Counted from the first letter of the stretch, positions 41,118-60,895 are shown. The stretch: DNA of 64,000 bases from Eledone cirrhosa (GCA_964016885.1 OZ024751.1:18848001-18912000); one strand, 5' to 3'. Numbers and translations are program-made. Notes: generated by a model from the sequence alone, not told the origin.

Positions 41118-41180
41118 TTTAATTTACGTACGTTTCATCCTTAATATTTAAAGCTCAATATTAAGTACTTCAGAATTAAA
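41118..41180 (-). ncRNA. Near-intact minimal hammerhead motif
   Basis: UUUAAUU-CUGAAG(U)-CUUAAUAUU/AAUAUUAAG-GAAA-CGUACG-UA^AAUUAAA; A9 altered. Confidence 0.7.
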
Positions 41181-41409
41181 GATATAACTACCTCAAACAT
41201 GACATTTTTCCAAAGATATATCACACCAGGGCCATTTTGTTTACATTTTAAAAAGTGCAGCATCATATGAGGAAATAGTACTTACCACGAGTATAATTAT
41301 TGAAATTATACACTTGGGCACTTAAACGAACAGGCATGCATTATATGGCTACCATAATCACAGTTACAAGCAATATATCTTTTTTGCACAATAAATTCAG
41401 TATAAATAT

Positions 41410-41457
<48 letters not shown>

Positions 41458-41540
41458 CAAAGGGATATTTAATTTGTTAGTAATTTGAACCGTTAAGGTG
41501 TGATTCCTGGGTATGTCACTATTTATAAAACAAACTCTGT

Positions 41541-41599
41541 ATTTTATCTGATGAGGGCGTACCAAAGTTTTGGTACCCTTGAAATATATATAATAGAAT
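41541..41599 (+). ncRNA. Minimal type I hammerhead motif
   Basis: AUUUUAU-CUGAUGA-GG..GUACCA/UGGUAC..-GAAA-UAUAUA-UA^AUAGAAU. Confidence 0.85.
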
Positions 41600-41641
41600 A
41601 AATATGGTTTTATAAATATAGTTTCCATTTATTAATAGCAT

Positions 41642-41702
<61 letters not shown>

Positions 41703-42307
41703 GTGCGTGCAAGTGTGCATATAATAGTTATATAGATACATATTACACAAATATAACGAAATTATATTTAAGTTTAGCATTAATTTTAGAATCTAATATA
41801 ATATATTATATTAGATATTATATAACATAATATATATTACATTATATTATATAATATAACATAATATATAATGCAAACGTTATGAGACATGAAAGTAAGA
41901 CAAAATATGCATATTAATATGCACTAGACTTTGAAATATAAGTAGAGTTGCGCGCCACCACCACCACCACCACAACAACAACGAGGACGGCCACTACAAT
42001 AACACCACCACCACCGCTACATCAACAACGACGACGACTATTAAGATAACAACACCATCACTATCCCCACCGCCAACAACACGACAACTATCATTATAAC
42101 AACAACACCAGCATCATCACTACAACAACAATGAAGACTACAGTGACAACGACACTACCGCCAACACCGCCACCACCACTACAACAACAACCACAACTAC
42201 AGTGACAATGGCACCAACACCAACACAACCACCCTCATAACAAAAATTATTCCAGCAACATCACCAACACAACCACCAGCACTACTACAACAACAACAAC
42301 AACAGCA

Positions 42308-45300
42308 ATGACTACAGTGACAAAGACACTACCAACACCACCACCAACACCGCCACAACCACCAGCACTACAACAACAACAACAACAGCAACAACGTCTA
42401 CAGCGACGAAGACACTACCAACACTACCACCAACACCGCCACAACCACCAGCACTACAACAACAACAACAGCAACAACGTCTACAGCGACGAAGACACTA
42501 CCAACACCGCCACAACCACCAGCACTACTACCACAATAACAACAACAACAATGACTACAGTGACAAAGACACTACCAACACCACCACCAACACCGCCACA
42601 ACCACCAGCACTACTACCACAACAACAACAACAATGACTACAGTGACAAAGACACTACCAACACCACCACCAACACCGCCACAACCACCAACACTACTAC
42701 CACAACAACAACAACAACAACAACAATGACTACAGTGACAAAGACACTACCAACACCACCACCAACACCGCCACAACCACCAACACTACTACCACAACAA
42801 CAACAACAACAACAATGACTACAGTGACAAAGACACTACCAACACCACCACCAACACCGCCACAACCACCAACACTACTACCACAACAACAACAACAACA
42901 ACAATGACTACAGTGACAAAGACACTACCAACACCACCACCAACACCGCCACAACCACCAACACTACTACCACAACAACAACAACAACAACAATGACTAC
43001 AGTGACAAAGACACTACCAACACCACCACCAACACCGCCACAACCACCAACACTACTACCACAACAACAACAACAACAACACTGACTACAGTGACAAAGA
43101 CACTACCAACACCACCACCAACACCGCCACAACCAACACTACTACCACAACAACAACAACAACAACAATGACTACAGTGACAAAGACACTACCAACACCA
43201 CCACCAACACCGCCACAACCACCAACACTACTACCACAACAACAACAACAACAACAATGACTACAGTGACAAAGACACTACCAACACCACCACCAACACC
43301 GCCACAACCACCAACACTACTACCACAACAACAACAACAACAACACTGACTACAGTGACAAAGACACTACCAACACCACCACCAACACCGCCACAACCAC
43401 CAACACTACTACCACAACAACAACAACAACAACAATGACTACAGTGACAAAGACACTACCAACACCACCACCAACACCGCCACAACCACCAACACTACTA
43501 CCACAACAACAACAACAACAACAATGACTACAGTGACAAAGACACTACCAACACCACCACCAACACCGCCACAACCACCAACACTACTACCACAACAACA
43601 ACAACAACAACAATGACTACAGTGACAAAGACACTACCAACACCACCACCAACACCGCCACAACCACCAACACTACTACCACAACAACAACAACAACAAC
43701 AATGACTACAGTGACAAAGACACTACCAACACCACCACCAACACCGCCACAACCACCAGCACTACTACCACAACAACAACAACAACAACAATGACTACAG
43801 TGACAAAGACATTACCAACACCACCACCAACACCGCCACAACCACCAGCACTACTACCACAACAACAACAACACTGACTACAGTGACAAAGACACTACCA
43901 ACACCACCACCAACACCGCCACAACCACCAGCACTACTACCACAACAACAACAACACTGACTACAGTGACAAAGACACTACCAACACCACCACCAACACC
44001 GTCACAACCACCAGCACTACTACCACAACAACAACAACAACACTGACTACAGTGACAAAGACACTACCAACACCACGACCAAAACCGCCACAACCACCAG
44101 CACTACTACCACAACAACAACAACAACAACAACAACAATGACTACAATGACAAAGACACTACCAACACCACCACCAACACCGCCACAACCACCAGCACTA
44201 CTACCACAACAACAACAACAACACTGACTACAGTGACAAAGACACTACCAACACCACCACCAACACCGTCACAACCACCAGCACTACTACCACAACAACA
44301 ACAACAACACTGACTACAGTGACAAAGACACTACCAACACCACCACCAACACCGCCACAACCACCAGCACTACTACCACAACAACAACAACAATGACTAC
44401 AGTGACAAAGACACTACCAACACCACCACCAACACCGCCACAACCACCAGCACTACTACCACAACAACAAAAACAACAATGACTACAGTGACAAAGAGAC
44501 TACCAACACTACCACCAACACCGCCACAACCACCAGCACTACTACCACAATAACAACAACAACAATGACTACAGTGACAAAGACACTACCAACACTACCA
44601 CCAACACCGCCACAACCACCAGCACTACTACCACAACAACAACAACAATGACTACAGTGACAAAGACACTACCAACACCACCACCAACACCGCCACAACC
44701 ACCAGCACTACTACCACAACAACAAAAACAACAATGACTACAGTGACAAAGAGACTACCAACACTACCACCAACACCGCCACAACCACCAGCACTACTAC
44801 CACAACAACAACAACAATGACTACAGTGACAAAGACACTACCAACACCACCACCAACACCGCCACAACCACCAGCACTACTACCACAACAACAAAAACAA
44901 CAATGACTACAGTGACAAAGAGACTACCAACACTACCACCAACACCGCCTCAACCACCAGCACTACTACCACAACAACAACAACAACAACAACAATGACT
45001 ACAGTGACAAAGACACTACCAACACTACCACCAACACCGCCACAACCACCAGCACTACTACCACAACAACAACAACAACAATGACTACAGTGACAAAGAC
45101 ACTACCAACACCACCACCAACACCGCCACAACCATCAGCACTACCACCACAACAACAACAACAACAATGACTACAGTGACAAAGACACTACCAACACCAC
45201 CACCAACACCGCCACAACCACCAGCACTACTACCACAATAACAACAACAACAATGACTACAGTGACAAAGACACTACCAACACTACCACCAACACCGCCA

Positions 45301-47242
45301 CAACCACCAGCACTACTACCACAACAACAACAACAATGACTACAGTGACAAAGACACTACCAACACCACCACCAACACCGCCACAACCACCAGCACTACT
45401 ACCACAACAACAAAAACAACAATGACTACAGTGACAAAGAGACTACCAACACTACCACCAATACCGCCACAACCACCAGCACTACTACCACAACAACAAC
45501 AACAACAACAACAATGACTACAGTGACAAAGACACTACCAACACTACCACCAACACCGCCACAACCACCAGCACTACTACCACAACAACAAAAACAACAA
45601 TGACTACAGTGACAAAGACACTACCAACACTACCACCAACACCGCCACAACCACCAGCACTACTACCACAACAACAACAACAACAACAACAATGACTACA
45701 GTGACAAAGACACTACCAACACTACCACCAACACCGCCACAACCACCAGCACTACTACCACAACAACAACAACAACAATGACTACAGTGACAAAGACACT
45801 ACCAACACCACCACCAACACCGCCACAACCACCAGCACTACTACCACAACAACAACAACAACAACAACAATGACTACAGTGACAAAGACACTACCAACAC
45901 CACCACCAACACCGCCACAACCATCAGCACTACCACCACAACAACAACAACAACAATGACTACAGTGACAAAGACACTACCAACACCACCACCAACACCG
46001 CCACAACCATCAGCACTACCACCACAACAACAACAACAACAATGACTACAGTGACAAAGACACTACCAACACCACCACCAACACCGCCACAACCACCAGC
46101 ACTACTACCACAACAACAACAACAACAACACTGACTACAGTGACAAAGACACTACCAACACCACCACCAACACCGCCACAACCATCAGCACTACCACCAC
46201 AACAACAACAACAACAATGACTACAGTGACAAAGACACTACCAACACCACCACCAACACCGCCACAACCACCAGCACTACTACCACAACAACAACAACAA
46301 CAACAACAATGACTACAGTGACAAAGACACTACCAACACTACCACCAACACCGCCACAACCACCAGCACTACTACCACAACAACAATGACTACAGTGACA
46401 AAGAGACTACCAACACCACCACCAACACCGCCACAACCACCAGCACTACTACCACAACAACAAAAACAACAACACTGACTACAGTGACAAAGACACTACC
46501 AACACCACCACCAACACCGCCACAACCACCAGCACTACTACCACAACAACAAAAACAACAACACTGACTACAGTGACAAAGACACTACCAACACTACCAC
46601 CAACACCGCCACAACCACCAGCACTACTACCACAACAACAATGACTACAGTGACAAAGAGACTACCAACACCACCACCAACACCGCCACAACCACCAGCA
46701 CTACTACCACAACAACAAAAACAACAACACTGACTACAGTGACAAAGACACTACCAACACCACCACCAACACCGCCACAACCACCAGCACTACTACCACA
46801 ACAACAAAAACAACAACACTGACTACAGTGACAAAGACACTACCAACACCACCACCAACACCGCCACAACCACCAGCACTACTACCACAACAACAACAAC
46901 AACAACACTGACTACAGTGACAAAGACACTACCAACACCACCACCAACACCGCCACAACCACCAGCACTACTACCACAACAACAACAACAACAACAACAA
47001 TGACTACAGTGACAAAGACACTACCAACACCACCACCAAAACCGCCACAACCACCAGCACTACTACCACAACAACAACAACAATGACTACAGTGACAAAG
47101 ACACTACCAACACCACCACCAAAACCGCCACAACCACCAGCACTACTACCACAACAACAACAACAACAACACTGACTACAGTGACAAAGACACTACCAAC
47201 ACCACCACCAACACCGCCACAACCACCAGCACTACTACCACC

Positions 47243-47282
<40 letters not shown>

Positions 47283-47455
47283 CGACTACAGTGACAAAGA
47301 CACTACCAACACCACCACCAACACCGCCACAACCACCAGCACTACTACCACAACAACAACAACAACAACAACAACGACTACAGTGACAAAGACACTACCA
47401 ACACCACCACCAACACCGCCACAACCACCAGCACTACTACCACCACAACAACAAC
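42308..47455. repeat. ~5.1 kb minisatellite, roughly 60 units of 77-101 nt
   Basis: atgactacagtgacaaagacactaccaacaccaccaccaacaccgccacaaccaccagcactactaccac(aac)n; unit length 3n+2. Confidence 0.97.
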
Positions 47456-47869
47456 GCCCTCTGTAATATGAGGTATCTAACATGGTGGAATAAAGCTAAA
47501 ACTAATACTAAAACTCGGCTCAGCTCAGCTCAGCTCAGCTCTCTACCAGCGGCGTTCATCTTTGCCGACGGAAGCGATGATACATTAATAATACATGTCT
47601 CAGTTAAGCCCCCATCTCTCTCTCTATATATATATATAGTGCAGCATCATATTAGGATATATATATATATCCTAATATGATGCCTGCACTATGTTTATAT
47701 ATATTATATATAGTTAAGCCCCCACATTTATCTCCCTCTCGCTATATATATATATATATATATATATTTATTTCACTCCTTCTCTCACTGTTTCTTACCC
47801 ACTCTTTTGATTACTATCACTCCCTCCCAATCATTCTCTCTCCCTGTCCTTTCATTAGTCGCCCTACCG

Positions 47870-51570
<3,701 letters not shown>

Positions 51571-51677
51571 CCTCTCTAGGGCCCCTATTCACAGACATCT
51601 TAATACATTATTAACTCTTCGTTTTAGGGTCGCTGATTTCAATAATCCTCAAGACCCAAAGATTTAAAACTAAATCA

Positions 51678-51712
<35 letters not shown>

Positions 51713-52103
51713 TATATAAAGGAAGTAGGGTATATATGTATGTATATGTGTGTATGTATGTGTGTATAAGCATGTGTATATATGTATGTATGTGTGCATG
51801 TATGTATATATATATATATGAGTAAGCATGTATGTGTGTGTGTGTGTGTAAGCATGTATGTATATATATATATGTGTGTGAATAAGCATGTATATGTGTG
51901 CATGTATGTATATATATATATATATCTGTTTGTGCGTGTGTATACATATACAAATATATATAGGCATGTGTATATGCATGCGTATGAGCTATGTATAAAT
52001 ATGTATATATATTTAATATAAAAACGTATACACTATATATTTTCCCCTCATACTCTATACCCTTTTCAACATACCAGCCCTATTACAACTTTTTTATCCT
52101 TAT

Positions 52104-52147
<44 letters not shown>

Positions 52148-52177
52148 GTACATATGCATATACGTATGTGTTTGCTC

Positions 52178-52299
<122 letters not shown>

Positions 52300-52538
52300 T
52301 GGCGTCGCACTCATTCTAACTTACATTAAAGAAACATATTGAAATATATGCGTATACAGATGCAAATACGAACATTTTAGCCTATGAACTTTTTAGCCGA
52401 CCCTTGTAAATTTAATAGAAAATCTGTCCCCTACTGATACAACAGGGTTGAGCTTAGTCACGTGAGTGAAACTGAATAGCTGGAAATTGCTTGAAAATCC
52501 TTCTGATGGACTCTCCGAGTAATTTTAAAAGTGTAGAC

Positions 52539-52986
52539 CAGTATTTCTTAACCTTTATTCTATCGCGATACTCTTTGAGAATTTGAAATTCCATCCCTGA
52601 TCCCTAGGCCTAGCGCATAAGACAAAGGAACTTGGATTTTCAGGCCAAATTACCAGTTACTTGTCTGCTAATATTTAATCAAATCCGCCGAGGTTAACTT
52701 TGCCTTTCATCCTTACGGGGTCGATAAAATAAAGTACCAGTGATGCACTGGGATAATTGCTGCCCTTGTGCCAAAAGTAGAAACAATTTAATTAATTAAC
52801 TACTATGATTAATAAACAGAAATCTTTGAAAATATCAGAAAATATTCAAAAGGGAATTTATGAAACATTGAATGATGAGAAGTAAAAGGAAAAAAAAAAA
52901 AAGTTGTTTTTCTGGACACCTCACAATCCCCAAGAACAGAATCTAGTACCCCTGCGGATGCTGGCACCCCAGGTTAAGAACCACTG
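52539..52986. mobile_element. hAT/Charlie-type MITE with internal S1 SINE fragment (52680-52790)
   Basis: TIRs cagtatttcttaacct / aggttaagaaccactg. Confidence 0.65.
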
Positions 52987-53239
52987 CTCTACACTAGCCA
53001 CACACAGTGACGCTGGGTCTCACTAAGAACTACGTTATGGGTAGATATTTGTATGGAGTTTTCAGTCACATACTAGTTAATTTCACGAGCAGGCTGTTCC
53101 GGGGGTTCGAACAGTTGGAACGCCCCCCACCGTCGCGAACCGAAAAAGGACCATTCCGTGATTCATTATATTGTTGTTAATGTTATTGTCAGGGTATTTT
53201 GTATTTTTTAAACTGTTTCTTGGTCCGCGTGTTGCTGTT

Positions 53240-55235
53240 ATTGCTAATGTTGTTGTTGCTGTTGTTATTGTTGTTTTTGTTTTTTTGTTGCTGCTGCTAC
53301 TGTTGTTGTTATTGCTGTTGTCGTTGTTGTTGCTGCTGCTATTGTTGTTGTTATTGCTGTTGTTGCTGCTGCAACTGTTGTTATTATTGCTGTTGCCATT
53401 GTTGATGCTGCTGCTTTTGTTGTTGTTATTGCTGTTGTTGCTGCTGCTACTGTTGTTGTTATTGCTGTTGTCATTGTTGTTGCTGCTGCTTTTGTTGTTG
53501 TTATTGCTGTTGTTGCTGCTGCTACTGTTGTTGTTATTGCTGTTGTCATTGTTGTTGCTGCTGCTTTTGTTGTTGTTATTGCTGTTGTCGTTGTTGTTGC
53601 TGCTGCTTTTGTTGTTGTTATTGCTGTTGTCGTTGTTGTTGCTGCTGTTACTGTTGTTGTTATTGATGTTGTTGCTGCTGCTACTGTTGTTGTTATTGCT
53701 GTTGTCGTTGTTGTTGTTGCTGCTGTTACTGTTATTGTTGTTGCTGTCGTTGCTGCTGCTGCTACTGTTGTTGTTGTTGTTGTTGTTGTTGCTGCTGCTA
53801 CTGTTGTTGTTATTGCTGTTTTCATTGTTGTTGCTGCTGCTTTTGTTGTTGTTATTGCTGTTGTCGTTGTTGTTGCTGCTGTTACTGTTGTTGTTATTGA
53901 TGTTGTTGCTGCTGCTACTGTTGTTGTTATTGCTGTTGTCGTTGTTGTTGTTGCTGCTGTTACTGTTATTGTTGTTGCTGTCGTTGCTGCTGTTGCTGCT
54001 ACTGTTGTTGTTGTTGTTGTTGTTGTTGCTGCTGCTGCTACTGTTGTTGTCATTGCTGCTGCTGCTGTTGCTGTTGCCATTGCTGTTGCTGTTGCTGCGG
54101 CTACTGTTATTGCTGTTATTGTTGTCGTTATTGTCGGCGGCGATTTGGCAGTATCGGTAGAGGGTCGGACGCCATGCTTTCCAGCATAGTTACGTCCCTT
54201 TACGATCTGAGTTCAAATCCCGCCCAGGTTGACTTTGCCTTTCATCCTTGGGGTCGATAAAATAAAGTACCAGTAATGTACTGATTTCATTGCTGGACTT
54301 GTGCCAAAAGTAGAAACAATTATATTATTGCTTTTGTTGTGGTGATGGTGGTGATAGAGGAGGTGGTGGTGATGGTGGTGGTGGTGCTGGAGGAGGGGGG
54401 TACTGGTGGTGGAGGAGGTGGTGCTGGTGTTGGTGGTGCTGGTGGTGGAGGAGGTGGTGCTGGTGATGGTGCTGATATAATGGTGGAGGAAGTGGTGCTG
54501 GTGGTGGTGGTGGTGCTGGTGCTGCTGGTGGTGGAGGAGGGGGTGCTGGTGGTGCTGGTGGTGCTGGTGCTGGTGGAGGTGCTGCTGGTGATGGAGGAGG
54601 TGATGATGGTAATGGTGAAGGAGGTGGTGCCGGTGGTGGTGTTGGTGGTGGAGGAGGAGGTGATGATGATAATGGTGGAGGAAGTGGTGCTGGTGGTGTA
54701 GTGGTGGTGCTGGTGCTGGTGGTGGAAGAGGTGGTGCTGGTGGTGGAGGAGGTGATGATGGTAATGGTGAAGGAGGTGGTGCCGGTGGTGGTGTTGGTGG
54801 TGGAGGAGGTGATGATGATAATGGTGGAGGAAGTGGTGCTGGTGGTGTAGTGGTGGTGCTGGTGCTGGTGGTGGAAGAGGTGGTGCTGGTGGTGGAGGAA
54901 GTGATGATGGTAATGGTGAAGGAGGTGGTGCCGGTGGTGGTGTTGGTGGTGGAGGAGGTGATGATGATAATGGTGGAGGAAGTGGTGCTGGTGGTGTAGT
55001 GGTGGTGCTGGTGCTGGTGGTGGAAGTGATGATGGTAATGGTGAAGGAGGTGGTGCCGGTGATGGTGTTGGTGGTGGAGGAGGGTGATGATGATAATGGT
55101 GGAGGAAGTGGTGCTGGTGGTGGTGCAGGTAGTGCTGGTGGTGGTGGAGGAGGTGGTGGAGGGGGTGGTGAAGGAGGTGGTGCCGGTGGTGGTGGTGGTG
55201 GTGGTGGAGGAGGTGGTGGAGGGGGTGGTGATTGT
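53240..55235. repeat. (GTT/GCT) and (GGT/GAT) minisatellites interrupted by a full S1 SINE at 54137-54322
   Basis: Direct inspection; ~117-120 nt higher-order units at 54600-55100. Confidence 0.9.
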
Positions 55236-55559
55236 TGTCGTGGCCGTCGTTGTCAGTGTCTTTAATCCTCTTATACGTTCTTTGTTTTCCCCCTGGAGTA
55301 GAACTCATCCTACAGCCCCCACCCCGCGTCTACTATTTTGTCTTTGCTGCACTGAAACATTCCTATATCAACACACATACCAAACACGGGAGAGAGGGGG
55401 GGGGGTGGGGGAGAGGGAGGAAGAGAGAGAGGGGGAGAGGGAGGAAGAGAGAGAGGGGGAGAGGGTGGAAGAGAGAGAGGGAGAGAGAGGAAGAAAAGAA
55501 AAGAAGAGTAGGAGGACTGCGCTGGAACATACACACACACATATCTATGTGTGTATATG

Positions 55560-55590
<31 letters not shown>

Positions 55591-55897
55591 ACATATATGT
55601 GTGTGTGTGTATATGTATGCATATATATATATATATGTGTGTGTATGTATATATATATATATGTGTGTATGTGTATATATATATATATATATATTTTTAT
55701 ACATATATATGTATATGTATATATATATATACATGTGAATATGTATATATATATATATACACATACATGTATATATTTATATATATAAATGTATATATAT
55801 ATACATACATGTATATATTTAGATATATAAATGTCTATATATATATATATATATACATATATGTATATATATATATATAAATGTATATATATACATG

Positions 55898-55928
<31 letters not shown>

Positions 55929-56824
55929 ATATGTATATATGTACACATATATATATTTATATATATAAATGTATATATATATACATATATGTACACATGT
56001 ATATATTTATATATATAAATGTATATATATATACATATATGTATGTATAAATATAAATATATATAAATATAAATACATATATATATAAATATAAATATAT
56101 ATATAAATAAATATATATATAAATATAAATATATATATAAATAAATATATATATATATTTATATATATAAATATATATAAATATATATAAATATATATAA
56201 ATATATATAAATATAATGAATGTGTGACGAAAGAACTTTGACAATATATGAACAACCGACCGGTTGTGGAATCAACCAACCGGAAGTTTATAAATTCTTA
56301 AATTTATAAATTTAATTTATAATAGATTGGAGTGAAAGCAACTGGTGCACACACATATATATATATGTATATACATATATGTATATATACATATGTATGT
56401 ATGTATGTATGTACATATATACATATGTACATATACATATATACATCTACATATATACATATACATATATATATACATATATACATCTACATATATATAT
56501 ACATTTACATATATATATATACATATACATATACACATCTACATATATATATACATATACATATATATATATATACACATCTACATATATATATAAATTA
56601 TATACATCTACATATATATATACATATATACATCTACATATATATATACATATATACATCTACATATATATTTACATATATATATACATCTACATATATA
56701 CATATATACATCTACATATATATATACATCTACATATATATATATATATATACATCTACATATATACATATATACATCTACATATATATATACATCTACA
56801 TATATATATATATATATATACATC

Positions 56825-56868
<44 letters not shown>

Positions 56869-57127
56869 TATTATATGTGTGTGTATATATGTGTGTATGC
56901 AAAATAGTCGTTAAAATGTCGGATAAAATCATTTGTGATACCCTTTTCCGGTTCTCTACGCTCTGAGTTCAAACCACATCGAGGACGAGTTTGACTTTCA
57001 TCCTTTTGAGGTCAATAAAACCTACCAGCCCTAAACGGGGTTACATCCTTCCTCAGTCAAACTCAAGCTCTCTCTCTCTCTCTCTCTCTTTCACTCTCTC
57101 ACACACACACACACACTCTCTCTCTCC

Positions 57128-58706
57128 GTGGAAGAAATCAGCTGTGTGAAGATACCAATTGCAAAATGTCTAAAACATGCTGAATATTACTTCGACGCCT
57201 CAACTAGCTTAGAAAATAGGGTAAAATAACTCTACAGACAAAAAGGAAAATGACCAGCTGCCTCTACGAAGAATCAAACTTTGTAACATTCAAATTCCGA
57301 CTGAATGAGGAGCAAAGGAACCTCTGACAACAAACTCCGTCAAATTTAAAGTTGTTTTCTACGACTGAGTTTCCTATATTTTCTATAAATTTAATAGCTC
57401 GACAGCGCTTCGAATATTCGTTACATTACATACAATAGGGGTTCTAAAAGTGGGAGCCACCACCACGAGAAAAGTACACATACACTTACATAAACGAAGA
57501 AAATAGAACACTGATGGAGACCATCAGAAACAACCCTTTGGTCAAAACCGAAGGGAAAACTTTGGATAGCTCCAACAAAAACAAAAAAAAATGAACCTAA
57601 AACTGATCAGGGTCCCTATAGGAACTTATAGATCCCTTAAAGAAACATTTGTAGAGGACGTGGGGAATTCCTGCGTGAAACCAATCAACCGCGTCCTCTA
57701 CAAAGGCCTCCCCACCACAGGCACCCCCACCCAAGTCAATGATGAGCAAAGGAACCTCTGACAACAAACTCCGTCAAATTTAAAGTTGTTTTCTACGACG
57801 GAGTTTCCTATATTTTCTATAAATTTAATAGCTCGACAGCGCTTCGAATGTTTGTTACATTACATACAACAGGGGTTCTAAAAGTGGGTGCCACCACCAC
57901 CACGAGAGGCATTCTGAAAGTCCAGGGGGCGTTGGCTTCTAAGGTGGTGTTAGGGGGGAGGGTAGAGATGATATAATAGTATATTAAATATCAAATGATA
58001 TATATTATAAACATATAGGAACGATCGACTTTCGTCAAATCGGACCGAGGGAACAATGTTTCCGTTGGTCTTTCCAATTGCTAATACTATCTATCGGTTG
58101 CAACTCCAGGTAGAAGGAGCAACGTGAAATAAAGTGTCTTGCTCAAGGACATAACGCATCGCCTGGTCCAGGAATCGAACTCACAACCTTACGATTGCGA
58201 ATCCAATTCTCTAACCACTCAGCCACACGCCTTCACTATAAACATAGTAAAATAAAAAATATATAATATTTATTTATACATACTATAGTTATATTATTTA
58301 TTACATATAAATTAACGATTTTATTTATTATATATTATTTACAATTTACGTGTAGACAGGTTTCTCTGGAAATAGTGTTGGGGGAGCGCTGAGGGGAATA
58401 CATGGCCGTGGGGGGGCGCGGTGGTCCAAAACGGTTTGAGAACCTCTGACATACAATGGTGTTTAAATTCAAAAGCTGTTCTATGTAGCTTTCTAGTTTG
58501 TTGTCAAAGGCCCTTTAGCTAATTGTTTAGAACATTCAGCCGGAATCTGGAAGATACGAAGTTCGATTCTTCGTAGCAGCCGCTGGACGGGTATTTTGTT
58601 GTTGTTGTTTTTTTTTGTCAATGGGGAAACTTTTCCCGATTTTCTAAGCTATTATTTATAGCAAATGACTTTGTTTGCAATTATTTTCTGCATCTGAGTT
58701 TCCTAC
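57128..58706. mobile_element. Old long-TIR foldback DNA element hosting nested insertions
   Basis: tagcttagaaaat.ggg, ctacgaagaatc.aactt.gta, attccg.ctgaatg and tgacaacaaact occur inverted at the two ends. Confidence 0.65.
57870..58448. mobile_element. hAT MITE with perfect 8-bp TSD ACATACAA
   Basis: TIRs caggggttctaaaa / tttgagaacctctg; TSD at 57862-57869 and 58449-58456. Confidence 0.85.
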
Positions 58707-58984
58707 ATTATATCTTACGGGGTCGATAAAATAAAGTACCAGTAATGCACTGGGTATTTGCTGGCCTTGTGCCTAAAGTAGAAACAATTATATATATACA
58801 AATGGAAGTTCAGCATAACCGAAGCTCTGGCTGCAGCTAAGCTAACGAATGCAATCGCAATGTGCAGCTAAGCACTCAATAAGGTATTTTACCTTAGAGT
58901 AATAACATTAGGTTTAGACAGCTTTTCAAATTGAAGATTGCGACCGGTAAGCCAGCCGCAGGGACCAAAGCAACGTCAAAACCG

Positions 58985-59034
<50 letters not shown>

Positions 59035-59103
59035 GGTGTCCCCCTAAAATGTATACATATTTATTAGAATGTTGTTGAAGTGTGTATACATTTTTTAGAC
59101 GTC

Positions 59104-59157
<54 letters not shown>

Positions 59158-59159
59158 CA

Positions 59160-59351
59160 TAGGAAAAGGTATGACTCCGACGGCAGAGCTCAAGCCGTTT
59201 CGACGGCTATTTCTGGACTAGAAATAGCCGTCGAAACGGCTTGAGCTCTGCCGTCGGAGTCATACTTTTTCCTATTACCCACTCTACTACCCTAAGTATT
59301 GAGTACTCTGGTGCGTTATGGTTCATCTGGTTCCTTACCACAATTCCTTCG

Positions 59352-59354
<3 letters not shown>
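59160..59354. mobile_element. Family A inverted-repeat element
   Basis: Arms meet at ctggactagaaatag; tail ends ttccttcgttat-(AT)n. Confidence 0.9.
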
Positions 59355-59398
<44 letters not shown>

Positions 59399-60004
59399 GG
59401 ATGTCCCAAAAAATGTATATACACTTTGATTACCTAACAGGCAATATTTATTAGAATGCTGTTGAAGTGTGTATACATTTTCTTTTTTTTTGGGGGGGGG
59501 GGGGGACATCCTGCATATACACGTTCATACATACACGCACATTCTCCGACACATAGATACGTACTTACACATATCAGTGTGCATTCGTCTAACTCGTTAT
59601 GAGCATGTTCACATGCATGCATATATATGTATTTGTGTATATGTGTGTGCATGTATTTATGTATACATGTATGTATATATGTATATTTTTATATATATAT
59701 ATATGCTCACCTTTGCATGCAGACAGAGACATTGAAGTGCCTAAACACGACTGGCTGAATATTTCACAACATCAGTGAAGCATTATCTTCTAATTCCTTA
59801 TAATCACCGAAGACATCACCCTTTCGCTCCAGAGCACAACCTTTCAAACAGTATAGTTGAGCTCGATACGCGTATTATCTCCCCTTGTTTAAGCCTCTTT
59901 TGCATTGTGAGGGCTTTCTCTCTTTCCCTCATTTTCTGTCTGTCTATCTATCTACTGTCTCTCTCATTCACTTTCTTCCTCTTTCCCTCTTGTCTGTGTC
60001 TTGT

Positions 60005-60094
<90 letters not shown>

Positions 60095-60241
60095 TAGATA
60101 GATAGATATATGTGTGGTGTGTGTGTGTGTGTGTATCTGTCTTTCTTTCTATCTACCTATCTATGTATCTATTTACCTGTCTGTCTATTAGTCTTTTGAT
60201 CTTTCTATTTATCAGTCTATACATCTATATATCTATCTACC

Positions 60242-60286
<45 letters not shown>

Positions 60287-60895
60287 CTCTCTCTCGATCT
60301 CTCTCTCGATCTCTCTCTCTCGATCTCTCTGTCTATCTCTCTTTCTCTCTCCCTACCTACTCTTCTCTTTCTCTCTCCTTACCAGGTCAAAAAACCAACA
60401 AAAAAAACCCCATCGAATTGGTCGTCTGCTTTCTACAAACGAATCCCCAAAATGAAACGAAATAAAACAAAACAAACGAGTCAATGTTCTGCTCTGTGAT
60501 TCACAATCCACTATATAAAATTGGAGTAGTTTTACAAGGATTAATAATCGTTTGAGCCTTGTTAGTTACAATTGATCACATCTCTATTCTCCTCTTGATT
60601 ATCACCAACATTTTCATGTTTTTCTCTTCTTTACATTATTCCTGTATTTTTCATTAATATGTTTTTATTTGACATTTTCTGTTTATTGTGGTTTCAACGT
60701 TGTTTTATGTGTTTTTCAGTTTTCTTTTCTTCCAAGTCCTCAACTAAGCTTTTATATCTTTATTTTTATTTTTTTCTTATTCTACCAGATAACTTTATTC
60801 AATAATCTGCCCCCATTTTCTTTTTTTGTCGTGTTTTTTTTTCGTAAAACCTGCCACCATCATATTAAACTGTCTTTATTGAATATCTTTTCCTT

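Noticed and set aside
42308-47455. Mucin-like Thr/Pro-rich coding exon
   Set aside because: Unit length is 3n+2 with TGA stops; no long ORF on either strand
42308-47455. CRISPR-like array
   Set aside because: No unique spacers (only AAC count varies), eukaryotic context, no cas genes
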